The notes below the pieces were generated by a model. That model worked only from the letters and a program-made list of their open reading frames with translations, had not been told where the DNA came from and did no database searches. The position numbers were made by a program, and so were the translations under genes. Positions 14,091-27,880 of a DNA stretch of 64,000 nt are shown here, piece after piece (the first letter of the stretch is position 1; the number at the start of each line of letters is the position of its first letter). Origin of the DNA: Raillietiella orientalis. Its lineage: Eukaryota. The stretch spans positions 1,240,001 to 1,304,000 of the forward strand of contig JAYWIR010000020.1 of NCBI GenBank assembly GCA_036172245.1, read 5' to 3'.

Positions 14091-17000
14091 TGCCAGTTTT
14101 GATGAGAACCTTTGGAGGACACCAACTCCAGATAAAACATCTAAGACTTTATACGAGAGCATCTGATTTCTCGAATGGTGGAAAGATTTCGTGATATTCT
14201 TGTAAAGCTCTCGAAGGAAGCTTAAAAGGTGTTCTCAGATGGGACTCTTCCAAAACAGGGAAAAACACTTTTTTTTTTGAAGCTAAAACTACAAATAAGT
14301 ACTGCCTCCAATTGATTTTGAAAGAATTTTTCGAGATTCGTTTCCAGAAGATGAATGGGATCGTTTCGCAGTGCTGCATTTAAACTGTGAAACCCATAAT
14401 CCAAACATTTGTATGTGCATGCACGTGAACACATACCCGTGTGCACACATGCTGAACGAGATTTTGTGTTCTTTTCCTATCCCACGAGAACTGTCCTGTT
14501 GACACGGAGAGCCGGTATTCCTTGTGAGAACAAAAATCCCAGCATCTCGGTAATTCGGTATCTTGGGCGGAGACAGGAAGGAACTCGAGGAATGAGTTTC
14601 TAGTGCCGCACTCTCTTCAGGATCAAATATGGCACTGCACTCATCTCATCGTTCTTTTCGTAAAACTGTTAAGGCATATTACAAGCCATGATTGGAGCCA
14701 AACTTGTAGAAGCAACCTCCAGGGAAAGTGGGCTCTGGAACTTGGATTCATCACAAAACATGCTGGTAATGGTAATGAGGACCCTGAGCAATTTTCCGGG
14801 AAAGCAATTCATGAACCAAATTCATGATGGAGTGATCAATAAGGAACGATATCATCAGGAATCATCTGCCTGATTGATGGGACAAATTTGCTTTTTGCCT
14901 CTTCTTGCTTATGGTCGTTTGGAGGAAGAAACGTATTTGAAAGCTACAAATCACTCGACGACAAAATGGCAATTCTGAATTTCGGAGACTGAATGTGCTC
15001 CTGTTTGAAAGTGACGCAGTTTATAGAGGGATATTCTGGGAGAGCAACGCTTCTTCTGCAAGCGTGCAGGAACCGTAGCTATCCCAGTGCCTGCATTCTT
15101 CAGCTTCTGCGCCCGGTCATGGCTCGCAATTCCACTTCACCATAGCTAAGGACCTGGGAATTGAAGAAGGACTCTCATGTCCATTGAGCTACGGATTGCG
15201 AGCTGCAAATTTTTCGACCCATTCAGCAGCATGCTCAAAGCCTTTGGTTCCCTGGAGAAAGCAGTTCGGTTTCTTAAGACCTGGTGGAATGCGTACTTCT
15301 GTGGAGAAAGACGGACTGGAGCATGAACAAGTCATCTCAGTAATCGAGAAACTCGATGGATGCTGGTGGCAAAAACTCGTGCCTGTGTGGTTGATGCTTG
15401 TAGATTTTCGTTTGTCGCTTCTCCCCATGGTAGTTTTCAAAACAATGATCTCTCCCAACCCTCAGAATAAGCTGCGCCACAGTAGTCTCTGTATTTGTCA
15501 AGATGCGCTTTGATTTCTTTTTCAGATTCTTGCAAAAGTGGCTGAAGGAAAGAATGACGGAATAGGGATGCACTTCTGAAGAACTCAAATCACGAAATGC
15601 CTTCTGAACCAGAAGGATGGGAGAAATGAGGACAGCATTCTTTGCAGCTCAGCGCTCGCTCCATTTTGGGAGACAGCCCTCGTTCGATGGTTATGTCAGG
15701 AGCTCTTCCTGAACACAGTCGTGATCAGCATTTTGCTGTTTTCCAGCCAAGTTTCTCCTAGGAAGCAGGAAAACTCACGAAGAATGTCTGTCGTATAAAC
15801 TTGTAAAGCACGAAGTCCAGGAAATTTTACGAACGCTCCGGTGAGTTCCCTCTTCCTAGCCCCATCTAAAAACTAGGAAGTGTGTAAGCGCTCCCATTAC
15901 AGATTTATGGAAGTGTTCGTACTAAAGTGATTTTTTGTAGTGGGCATCTAATAGAAGTTTGGGAAGATTTCAAAAATAAGAAATCTGCCACTTCTTTGGA
16001 AACCTTTATTGGCTTATTAAAAAAACATACCATCAAAGAGTCGGAAATCTGATGAATAATGGAATTTTATCCCTCTAAATAGTGGAGAACTCTCTTTCAT
16101 TAACCATTAACTTGCAGTCCCTCTTTCCGAATTTGTAACGAAATGATAGGTTCAAGCTTGGACATATCTATAAACCAGGATGCTTCGTGTTAATTTCCTT
16201 TTTTTTAAAATCAGTTTGTACAACACCTTTCGATCAGGAATTGATCCATGTCTTCTGGTGAAGACATGGATCTTCTCATTCAAATGCCCCTTTTCATGAT
16301 ACAAGGAAGCTGAATAGGACTCTGGGTTTCTATCTGATAACAGATAGAGAACTTTGTGCAATTCTGAAAATCCTAACCAGTCGGAATCAAGTTGGCGAAC
16401 GATGGCGCCCTTTCTGTGAAGTCGCAGCTTCTCTGACGTTTCTCGTTTTCTCACATACTTCGTACAGCGTGCAACCTTGTTGGAGCCTTGACTGGACTCA
16501 GGAGTGCCAGAGTTACATACATAATTGAGGGAAATCAGACGTTTCATGTCGTGTCCCAGCACTTGCTACTCTCGCTGCTGGAACAAGTTTAGTAGAATTG
16601 AAGAAACTGAAGGTACCAGCAGTTGGAAACCATGCAATTTTCTAGCTGCAACTAGAAAAGGATTGGAAGGAAATTATCTTCATTGCTTGGAGACCATTTG
16701 AAAATGTTATGAACTATAGCACAAGCAGGGCCCATGCAAGAAAGTGCCTGGAAATTTGCAACACATTGCTGAATTCTTTGGCATTGATCAGTGCTTCCTT
16801 CAGAATTCCTAGTCTGATCTCCATCTTGCATTTGTTTTACATCTAGTGATTTTGTTCAAAAGTCCCGAATAAACAGGGAACTCCATTGCTGTTCCTTTGG
16901 TCTTTCCATGGATAAAGCTCGCCGCAATCGGAAATGATAATCACAATGATCCACGGTCTTGCGTGCCTTCCCATTTGTTTTCCTTCTGCTGTGCAAAGAG

Positions 17001-17949
17001 AGCCAAAAATTCTCTAGACCGCAGTTCTTCGAGCAATGGACATTTTGATCTGAAGAGTGCAGCAGCGGTAGAGCAATTGCTCCTCCTCCTGTGAAACAGG
17101 AATGAAGTGGTTAAAATTTAAGAAAAGACTTCAGACTTGCCTGGAAGGTAAAGCCAACGTTGTTGTTTGCTCCTGCTGCAATGCAGAAACATCGCATTCA
17201 TTGAAGCTTCACCCTAGGTTTCTTGTCTCTTCGTAGATCTTACGATCAGGTAGTAGCAGATCCAAGAGTATGGTAAAGGGGAGAAGATACTGTTGTGAGG
17301 TTGACTTTAGGAATGGCTTCTGTCAGACCCACAAGATCGAGGGCTAAAGAAAGCCGGTGCATTTGCCTTTCCTGTCTCTTTCGAGTGCATGAAATACATT
17401 CCCAAAATGAGTCTGCAAGAATTTTTCATTCTCTCAACTCTGTATCCCATAGAACTTGAATTCTCGTAAAGGAAGAATAGCGTATAGTGAGAACCGACAG
17501 TAACCTAGGTCAACAGTGGCGTGACCTAATTGTAACGAAAACTGAAGACCATAACGGTGGTACTGACGCCTAGAGAGTAAACCTCGAAAAATGAGATGAG
17601 TTACCATCGAGTCATTTCATTTCTATTTTGTTGCAAAAGTGATTCAGAATCTGTTTTCAACATTCTTGGGATTGGCAACGAAGACAAAAGACTATCTTGA
17701 CTTGCTTATCTTGCTAATTGGCTGCTTAAGGAAATCACGAGATGAGGGGAATTAAAAGGAGGCATTTCATAGGAGAGCCCATATTCCGAGTTTCTTTGGA
17801 CTTTCCATCCTTTCAATTAAAAAATACGAGTCGTGGCGTTTTCTGATAGCGAGATAATTGCCAAATGGAAAGAATGCAAAGTGAGAAGACACTGAGGGGA
17901 AAGGAAAAAGTCGGGTGCTTCCGACATTCCGTACACTTTACGGGCTCTC

Positions 17950-18140
17950 AGATGCTGGAATGCTTTTCTACAATACGAATAGTTCATGCTGTATCGAGAA
18001 GATTTCTTGACGATGCTTCCGGATGCTGTGAAAATTTTAAGCGATGAGCTGCAGACTTGTCGTCTCATCTCGAGGCTATGGGAATACATGGAAAGAAAAG
18101 GGACTTTTCTGCGGAACACATTTTGATGATGAACCATGGA
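17950..18140 (-). mobile_element. Possible hAT dimerisation-domain relic
   Basis: KVPFLSMY...SSSLKIFTASGSIVKKSSRYSM resembles YP.LS.LA...S..ERIFSASG.IV.KKR.SL; weak. Confidence 0.2.
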
Positions 18141-21100
18141 AACAATCATTGAGAAGTCATTGAGTTCGATTTGACAAGTTGACCAGACATGTTTCTCGTT
18201 GACAGAAAAAAATAATAATGATAATTTTGTCTTCATCATTGCTAAGGAGAATGATGCAGTTTGCTTCGTAGACGCGGGATCACTGGGCAAACGGTGTCCA
18301 GACGCCTCCTTGGAAAAGTCCCTTCATTTCGAGTTCAAAGCCCAAGTGGATGTGAAGAAACTGCTGTCCCAGGACCCAGTCAGAGATCTTGGAACTGACG
18401 TGAAAATTTTTCGTCGGGTCGTTGGTTGAGAGCAAAGAGGACGAAGGGATATCGATCACGGCTCTCTGGACGCAGTTTCCCTTTCACGGACGTGGGTTCG
18501 GTTTTATTGCTGCGGTAAGGTAGACATCAGAAACTTTCCTGGAGAGATGTTCTGTTTTCCCTGCACTTTCGAGTATGGAAATTTAACGGACAAGGAGGAA
18601 CTTTTCCTGTAACTTCTGCAAGATGATTAAGCGTTTTCCTAGTCTTTTAGAAAAGTGGATAAACTGATTTATCCGTTCACTAATTTCTCTTTGTTCCCAA
18701 AACAAGTTCTTCACAGAATTAGAAGTGTTTTTATCCCTTGTTCACAGGAAGGGAAGGCAAAGGAGAATCTTGGATCGACGACGACGCTTACCAAATATTC
18801 CCATCCGAATGCGCTTGCGCGTGCTGCAAAGCAGCATTTTTTTTTTTTTTTTTCCAGCTGTGACAGTCTAGGTAAACCATCTGGCTCTGCACTAATTCCC
18901 TTGGAACCTAGCAGTCAGGGAATGGATCCCAACACAGAATCGGAACTCACCATCCAACAGATCATTTCGGTTTTTATCTGTTTGACGTTTCCAAAAGAAT
19001 TTCAGTAAATGGTGATGCAGACTATCGATCTCCAGCTTACGTATCCTGCGGAATCCAATTTCTCCACTTTCCCACTCCATGGCGGCACAGACAGAACATC
19101 TGAACGAAATCAATAGCGAAGCTGGATAACCAAGGAAGCTCCCCCGATCTTTGCAGGCTCGTTTTTTAAAAAAAATCCCTAAGGAAAGATCACTCACTGA
19201 AATAAACTCCGCATCGCTTGCCTAGTAAACTCTACCGGAGCCACCGTGGTCGCCCCAACTTGGATTGGAAATGCATGAGTCTGCTGTATACACTCGAAGG
19301 CTCGTGAAACTCCTTACTCCGAGATGTGATTTGAAGTTTGTACTCAACGCCAGTCTCACACGATTTTCACTCTCAACCTACAGCCAACACCTCGGTAATT
19401 TGGCTTTCCTCAATCTCCTAGATCAGCTGTTCAGAATCTGGAAGAATGTGACTTACGAACTGATTTTCTCTCAGTGGATTTGTGTCTACATACAAGAGCG
19501 CGAGGAAAGCGCATTTGCATCACAGTGATACAGATGTCTCACAGAACAGCAGTCTTTCAAGGATCATGCTTGATGATAAATAGTCTTCTCTAAAAGAAAT
19601 GAAAATGGTTCAACAAGTGTTCAGGAGAAAGAACAAACAAGCAAAGCAAATGCAAGGAAACCCAGCAAATCGAAGAAGAGATTTCAAGAGGAGCAACTTG
19701 TGAACTCCCACTGCTGTTACCAACGAAGATCTTTGAGCTTCCACATTCTTGAAAAGTGCGTGAAGCTGCTAGCAGCAAAAGCGCCGCGAAAGAGCAAGAA
19801 GAGGCTGAATTCTTTTGCACAGCAAATGTGCTGAGATGCTGATTCTATCAGCTTCCAAGAAGGGGCAGAAGATGTTCGCTTCACTAAGAATTTTCAGGGA
19901 ATGTGTTCGCGTTGATTTTCCATATGCAAACACGTAAGTGCCAACGGAGAACCAATTTTCTTTCTTAGGGCCATACCCAGCATGCATTCTAAATGAGGGG
20001 ACCTGTAGCACGGGAAGCGTCCTCCCCTGCCAAATTCAGGAAAAATCATTTTGCCCAACGTTTCGGATATTCCTTCGAGAAAAAAAAAAGCACGCAAAAT
20101 TTCCTGAGAGACCAAATTTTCATAACTATCTTCCATGTCCAAAGATTCGTGAAATTCGATGTCATGTCCTAGGATTTCTTCTGATTGGGCGACTTTGGCG
20201 CCATTCGAATCATTCCATCAATCTGCGAACGAAACTTGGAAATCTGACAGCGTTTCCACTAAATCTTTCGGCTGCTAAGTGTCTTGGTGCAGGGTAAAAA
20301 GCATCTTTGAGTGTTTGAGTGTTTTCTCTCCCACAAGTGTAATCTACTTGATCTGCTCGCCTGCTTTTTTGTCTTTCAATGCTTTCTGTCAACACAGAGT
20401 TTCCCTCACGGAAGCTCCCAAGATGTGCCAATCGTCTTCTGGATCTGAGCTTTTGATTTCTTCTTGCTTCTCAAATACGATCGAGCATGCACGAAACATG
20501 CGTGTGTGAGTGTGTACGATGCCTCTGCTGCACGCTGCGGAGTACTTCCTTTGTTCACTTCTTTCTGAGGAGCAAGAGATTCGCATTCCCTTGGAGATAT
20601 TACCGCAGAATTCCGTACTATTCTCTAGATTTCCGTCGTAGCCCCAAGGGCAACTTCGCCGTTAAAGCCACATCGAAGAGAAACTTCCTTTTGCTATTCA
20701 GGGTCACTACCCAACAGTTATTCTCATTCCCTTAGAGCACCGGTGACAATGAAAAATTACATGGGAGCTTGGATGAGAAAAGGTCCAGGACTCTCTTAGG
20801 GCAAGGAGAGCAACTTCCAAGACTCTAAGTGAGTCGCGAAGGCACGGCTTCTCTTCGAATCTTCCAGCTGATCCACCAAGGAATTTCTTATTCGATTTGC
20901 TGGAATGCAGACCACTGCACTCAAAACGATGTCAAGATCGAGACAAAGCTCAGACTTCTACCAAATGATCGCAAATGAGCCCAATTTAGCAGAAGAGTTC
21001 GGGAACAGTGGGAACCTGAATTTCGAAGGAATGGAGATGCAGTATCACAAGATGCCAAGATACTCTGAGTTCTGTTTGATCCCTGAGCTGCTGCCTCCAA

Positions 21101-22599
21101 CGTTGAGCTGCAAACTCCGAGGATCTCCGAGGATTGATCTATACAGAATAGAAATCCAGAAACAAAAAAACTACGAACAGGATTAATGTTTTCAAAAAAA
21201 GAAGAAAAAAAACTAAAAATCAAAGGAATGATAAGGGGAACCAAAAGTAAAAAGGACAACTAGGAAACTAAATCTTGAAGGAGTACGAAAATTCACGTGC
21301 CGGTTAGGCAGACAATTATGCTGAGGCTAACCCTAAAAATGAGCGAAGCGGCTGCTGGCAAAATCGGTAATATTGGCAGTGCCGAAGAACCGCCGTCTCG
21401 TTTCATCTGTGGACTCTGCGCCAATATGCTAAAGAAACTACAGGCAGATGAAAAATGAGCATGAACCAAAGATGGGCGATGCTTGTTGAAACGATCTGAA
21501 TACATCATGTTTCTGCGTTTTCTTTTTGCCAAAGAGAAGCTTCTGGTCCTTGCTTATTCGAGTCAGAAATCACAAGAGGGCCTTCATGCGCGAAAAAAAT
21601 GCTCGTGAGAGAGTCGTGGAGCGAGGATGGCCACGAACTCGGAAATTTGCCGTTCTTGGCCGTTCGTGGTTCCAAGGATCCACCATTTTCATACCACTCG
21701 TAGGAGTTCTCAAACTGCTTTTAAAAAGTTGGGATTGCTGAAATCTTGAGCAAAAATAAAAAAAAAACGGATAAATCTGAGGATAGAAGAAATGCAAGAA
21801 GGCCCCTGGTGTGATGAGCAGCAGTGTGCCAACAAGAGAATGAGAGTAAGAATTAGTGACATCTGAATTCAAGTCCCTTAGTAGGATTCATCTCTGAAAT
21901 CCGGTGGGAGGAAGATGAAACGAAGAAATACAAAAATATAAATGAGAGGAAGGTAGTTATTTCTTTCTTTCGTCACTTTAACAGAATACAGGAATAATCC
22001 ACCGGAACACTATTGAGGGTTTTCTTGTAGAGAACTCTGTAGAGTGGAGGTTGAAGATTCTGCTGTCGTGCTAGGAAAGAGGCATTTTTTGGTCGCGCAG
22101 AATCACATAAGAGACATTTTGACAGCGTTCAGTTTGTTTAAACTAAATTACACTCATTTATTGGTTCATAGTCACGTATCATGTTATGCATATGGTTTGA
22201 TGAAGTACACTGTACCATGAACCTTGGAAACACATTTTGGTGTTTTTGTATAAGATGTTTCCTATGATCATACGCAGGGATGCCTTCGAATCCTTCTTAG
22301 GCACCACAGTTCTTCCTAAACGGAATCCTGAAAAAAGGTACTTCACTCTACGTTGTCATAATAAACATACGATTTTAGCACTGCCGCAAAAATGTAAAAT
22401 AGTGGCATGGACGGCAAGCACAAAGTGGTTTGGCAGAAAATCTCCTGCACCTTGATTTTCAGGAAGAACAGAGCATTCAAGCTCTCAGCACTTCTTGAGG
22501 TTCCTCGTGACTTGTCTTTCATGCAAAAGCACCCATGATAATAAATAGGGAGCTGAAATTCCGAATTGGCAGAAACCTTGGAAGTCTGAGAAGGCGGCA

Positions 22600-22816
22600 A
22601 TTCTCTATTAGAAGAGATAGCAATGCTGACATTGAGCATGGCATTCAAGAAATGAAGATCTATTCTTCGCATCGTGGTATCCCTCGAAGAAAAGCACCGA
22701 AGTTTCTTCTTTTCTTTAGGCGTGTGTACGAAGAATGGGGTCGGATACCTTTTAAGAAACTTTTGGTAGGCGTGGAAAAAAGCATGGGATTTGCGCGGTC
22801 CGTTCGCAAGTTTTGA
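22600..22816 (+). mobile_element. Possible Tc1-like transposase C-terminal relic
   Basis: NADIEHGIQEMK...VYEEWGRIPFKKLLVGVEKSM resembles NPIE.LW..LK...L.EEW..IP...LV.SM. Confidence 0.25.
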
Positions 22817-23774
22817 ATTCAATTTATATATTGCCAATGATGGGGCTAGTAGCTTGCCGACTTGGAGTGGGAAGCCCATAGAACAGCTTCAGTTGTCTTT
22901 GAGGTTCGGTGGGAAAATTCTACGAGAATGACTTTCAGGAAAATATTTCCATGAGTGTTTGAGATATGGGAGAGTGCAAGATAATGAAATCTCGTTATCT
23001 TACCTCAACTACCTTACTCATTATCTTACCCGAATCATGAGGAAACTTCTAGAATGGCGAAGTATAGTGGTACCTATAAGGGGGAACCTTAAGCACTTAC
23101 TCAGATGTTCCGAATTACTGTTGAAACTACCTAGAGCTCAGCACGGGAATGGCATTCATTAATCCTCGCTTGAATCCATCCGGGTGCACATAACAGAAAC
23201 CTGTATTCCATCTGCGTTTTTCCCAGCTACCCACCCCGGGACCAAGCTGCCTTTATTCTGAATTTGCATATCTGAGCTGATGAAATGCCATTAGCCGAGA
23301 TGCGTGCAGACTCCTTTTCCTTGAGCTGCGAGTCAGTATAGGTCACAGAAAAATTAGAACACAGACAGATTAAAAAAGTGTCACATCTTTTGTGCTGCAG
23401 GACTCATACCGAACTCTGCAGAGCTCTAATCAAACAGGCGAACCGGAATCAAGATCGAAAAGAGCTGCTTGCACGAAGAACGTGAGACCCGTTTTGAATC
23501 CTTCACGTGCTCCAAGATTTCCTCTCAGATTTATCTGTGAGCTGCGATCTCTGCCGGATCTATTTGTTCTTCGCTCTCGCAAGACTATTTGGAAATGGCA
23601 CAATACAAATATAGAAAATGAGAGAGCAGCGACAGCGGCTATCGACCTGCGACAGGACTATTTTCTTCCACCTGCCCGCCATTTGCACCATAACCACCGC
23701 AACCAAACCGGCGGAGTGGAAGGAACTCTAGCACAATGGTTCCAAGAAAGAAAGGAAAAAAAAAAAAAAAAATG

Positions 23775-24962
23775 AGAAACTGAAAGCTCGTTTCTGTCGT
23801 GTTGCATTCCCTCTGCTTGGACAGGTTGTATCCTACCGGATGTAGCACGGGGCTGCATTGCGGCTTCCTCCTTCCGCTCTCCCTCCTGTCGCCCCTCGAA
23901 CTGGAATTCTTGGCGGCAGGAAGCTCTGGAGCACTGGACTTCCAGCTTGGATGTGCGTCCAGAGCAACTGCGACCTCTAAAGGGCCTCCTACGGAAACCG
24001 CTGGGAGTTATCCTGCAGGACTGGTCGCTTTGGTCCTGGGTAGCTGTCTCACCCCTGGCCGCAGCGCTGTCTGCCCTCAGGGCAAGCAACGACAGTAGCC
24101 AAACGGCAGGGTGGGAGTTCTCCTGCAGCATTGCAGGAGTCGAAAGACTGCTCAACGGCTGCAAAACGAGCGTGCTGGTGGAGGCTGCCTCGTTACCAGG
24201 AAAAGGGACTTCGTCGGTGGAGTGAGCTTCTTGGTCTAACCCCCGAAGAACTCGTAGTCCCTTCTCTGTGTGTGGGCACCTCTGTGTTCCCGCTTCCATG
24301 GAAACAGGATGTTCTGCTATTCCTGCACTGAGGTTTCCAGTGCAATCCGCGCAGACACCTGGTTTCCAGGGGAGTTGCCTCCCCGAACTGTCTCAGGTGC
24401 GGGCGATAGAATCGCTTCCGCACCTGCTTCTAGACTGCAATGACTTGCGTAAGTTATGGCGAAGGCTTGCTCCGGCACTTCGTCGTCCCCAGGACACTTC
24501 CATCAACCTGCTGCGACGCTTCTTCAGCGAAGACGGACTGAGGAAGGGCGCTATGATCGCAACAATCTGTTGCATCCTCGCCATCGTGACGGCCCATCGT
24601 AAGCTCCAAGGAAGCTCGCAGCGAAGGGACACTACCAGGATAGCCGCCAGCCTTATGAAGGCAGCTGCAAGGTGGCCTAATTTCCCCAGAACATTCGCCA
24701 GGGAAGTCGCCACCGTCAAGCGGCGCTTCTAGAAAGATGAGGAACGTTTGAAACCAAAGACGCCTATCTTCACCCTCTCCTGTTGTTGTTTTTTTTTTTC
24801 TGTGCCCCCTCCCTACGTTCCTTTCTTTTTTGAAGCCGGCCTGCGTGCCGGTGGTTTTCCCGGTTTAACTTTTTGCATAGGCGTTTCTTGTGTCTTGGGG
24901 GGATACATATCTCTCCAGGTTTGTGGTTTGTTTTAACGAATAAACGTCCCGGCGTGACCGGG
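23775..24962 (+). mobile_element. 5'-truncated L1/Tx1-like non-LTR element, copy 2 (ORF2 C-terminus and 3' UTR)
   Basis: PEELVVPSLCVGTSVFPLPWKQD..SPNCLRCG/ESLPHLLLDC (CCHC finger) and IATICCILAIV..RWPNFP align with 57560-58060. UTR hairpin at 24836-24851; AATAAA plus hairpin at 24939-24962. Confidence 0.85.
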
Positions 24963-25320
24963 TTCAAACCTCCTTCCGCCCGCTTGAGTGCCAGCGATGT
25001 CAGCAGCCAAAGGTTCTTCCGAGATATCGGACCGAACCTTCGAAGACTGCGCACCAAAAGCGGCAAAATCACCATGGAGACGGACTTCTTTCCCCATTCT
25101 TCCACTCGAATTTCACGTGGAGGTGAGAATCCGGCTATCCGACCTGGCTCGCGTGCTGATTGGGTGGGTGTTGGACATGCGGGAGGCAAAACTCAAGGTC
25201 ACGGCAAAGATCGCCTTATACACAAGCACATCCTCCCTCCAGTAGGATGCGACTCCACTCCAGGAAACGGGCTTCCAGCCACATGGAAGTTGAACAAGAC
25301 AGCCACCTGGGAAGTGTTCC
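24963..25320 (+). mobile_element. ORF2-internal (post-RT thumb) fragment fused to the copy 2 3' end
   Basis: Start aligns with 58277-58323 (MSAAK vs MAVAN); VRIRLSDL matches LRVRLKDL near 57055. Confidence 0.5.
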
Positions 25321-25599
25321 GTAAATGCCGGAGCATACTGCAAACTGGAAAAAAACTCCTTCTCTGCGAGAGTGCTACCTATCTGAAGTGCAGGACCCCG
25401 GAAAGTCCTGTAAGAACTATATACATGCTACAGAAACGTGGAAGATACGACCTCGAGGGGCTAGTTTTGTTTGCTCGCATCTTCGTAAGCTCGCAGTGTC
25501 AGACAGAAAAAAGCACAGTTAATTTCCGTTCCGGGAATGCAAACTATGGGAAATGAATCGAATGAACTGAGTGCTTCTCAGAAATTCTCCCTTCCTACA

Positions 25600-27300
25600 C
25601 CCTTATTCTCCCCTCAGTGAGGAACAGCTCCGTTCCAGTTGCCACAGTAGTGATCCTCGGACCCTCAGCACTTGGAGATCGAACGTTCTCGAAGCCAAAC
25701 AAAGGGGGGCGAAAATAACAGCTCTTGCACAGGGCAAGAGTTAAGTCTTGCTCGAAACGCGTGACTTTATTTTGACTCCCACGCAGATTCCGAGAAAGCA
25801 TGTCTTCATGAGAGATGACCACTCGAACCGATTCCCATAGACAATTTCTGTTACGATCGTTAAATATTTACAAGTTTTCTTAATTGGGCGGGCCTTCTTC
25901 GGTCCCCAAGCAGTGACCATAGTGATTCTTTCGCTAACTAAGATCGTCAAACACATGATGGAGGGCTCTGATGCATGATGACCACATGCTGAGTCATTTG
26001 TACCACCTGTCATTATGTCAAGTGCCACCACCTGCATAAAATGCGAAAGGTTGCTCGGTATGAAGGGTGGAGGTCTGCAATTTTTCATCGAAATCTGTGA
26101 GATACGACTGGCAAAGCCAAACTTCGCATTCGAGAAACGGCCGGCGTAGGATGTGGACATTCGAATCCTCAAACGCTTTTCTGCGAGGGAAGCCACGAAT
26201 ACCTTCGATGAGAATTCCCCCGTTCAATCGGCAGATTTCCAGCAGTTGACCGAGGCCCCAGATGCGAAGGGATTTTCAGGAAAGATGGCTGAGGCTCAGC
26301 TACAAGACAGGGAATAGAGCTCGTTTGCTTCTGCGTTTCGATAATGCGCAGGCACCGAGAGTGCTGCTGGATGGGTAAAGATCAAAATTTTGCTCCCATT
26401 TCCATGCTCTCTCCCACATGGAAATGGCTGCCAAGGATTCGAGATGCTGGAGAGTGCAGGAGAAGGAAAATTAGCGGTAGTAGCGATTTTTCTTTGCTTG
26501 TGCTGTTTGCGACTGTCCACAATAGAAGGTGCACTCACGGAGAGTGACAGCTTGACACTTGAAAAGATGCTCAGCGAAACACTCTGAGGAGTTGATCTCC
26601 TTCCCAGTGGAATCTTGCACGTGACGAAGAAGTGGATTTAGGCAGCAGCTGCTTGAGATCAAGTAATGGATTCGTGATCAAGTGATCATTCCGTCCTGGC
26701 CACGCTTGTTGCCATGAGCAAAGTCTCCTTCGTTGGAAACAATCAGTGAACATTTCTATCGAAATCTGTTTATTTGTTGATCCGAACTCTTGTACAGTCA
26801 TCCAATGGCTTCCGAGGAACAAAGATGAGCAGGATTCCGCTCGATCCTCGTTCACTTTGAGATTGGAGTGCTTCTGGTCCCGCAATCCTTCGAGACTTCT
26901 TCTCTTCTACGCCTGCTTACCGCAATTCTTTCTCTCCTAGCCATCTCTCTTGCTCAAAAATAGCTACTTCCTCCTATGTGGTTCCATGCCAACTTTGAGG
27001 CTCACTTTGCAGCTGCTTTAGGACTGTCATTTCATGAAAAACCTCTCCCAAAGTCTATAGAAATTGTGCTTTCTCTTGAGGACCCCTGGTGATAGCATTG
27101 GAGAAAGTGCTTTAATAAAGTACTTTGAAGTGAACGAACCCAGAGATTGTCTGATTGGATTGCTGTTAGGGGGCGCTTCCTAATCGAGAACCTGAAAATT
27201 GGTTTCCAGAGATAAGGCCACATGATCCAGTCTCCTGGAAAGCCGGACCAACACTCAAAAGTCTTCAGCACATTTTTAGATCCACTCTACAGACGGTATC
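25600..27300 (-). mobile_element. Degenerate non-LTR ORF2 (EN-RT) relic
   Basis: Ordered remnants: GDW and SDN (EN GDFN/SDH), AIFPEN, SSKVFVASLAEKRL..NAKFGF, VVALDI, LCKSCYFRPPLF (QG..LSP.LF). Confidence 0.45.
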
Positions 27301-27666
27301 TTTTCATTTGCATTCGTCTCCCTTCCATCAGTGATCTTTCTAATACTCATCGAGGGCATCTCGGATTTCAATTCCAGAAAACATGCCTTGATGCTGCAGC
27401 TTCCCAATAAACCTACAAATCCATAAAGGTGGCGATCAAAGCAATACAATAAAGCAGAACATAATTGGGAATTCCTTAAGGATACGAGCAGAGTGACACT
27501 GGTGACACACAGGTTAACACGGATCTGAGGCAGCAGTCCGTGATATCCTCACTCAGATAGCTGGGACCACTGCTTCCCTTTTTCTTTTCAGGGATGCAAA
27601 AACAAAAATCTCCTTGATGAAACTTCATAAGGCAGGAATTCTTGTCTAGGACCCAATCCAAATCAA

Positions 27667-27880
27667 ATGACTAAGGAAGGAAGAACTTCCTCAGCTGGGA
27701 ATGATGCCAAAGACCTCGGGATGGCCGTATACTGGAAGCTTCCGATCCGAGCCGTCAATATGGGTAATATGTGTAAGCGAAATAACAAAGGCGAATTCTC
27801 GCGAGGTGAATGGAGATCGTTGCAGTTGCTGAGCAGCGCCGGTCGCATGCTTCCGAAGGATCGCGGCAGTGATCCAAACC
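27667..27880 (+). mobile_element. RTE-like RT domain 0-1 relic
   Basis: KRNNKGEFSRGEWRSLQLLSSAGRML resembles RTE K.KGD...NYRGISLLS.AGK.L. Confidence 0.4.

Noticed and set aside
14700..15300. Pogo/Tc1-like hints (WVEKFAARNP, MFCDESKF) on the minus strand
   Set aside because: The motifs come from different families and the spacing is not coherent.
23641..23657. GACCTGCG resembling the SL1 loop
   Set aside because: No closing stem and no downstream AATAAA-hairpin.
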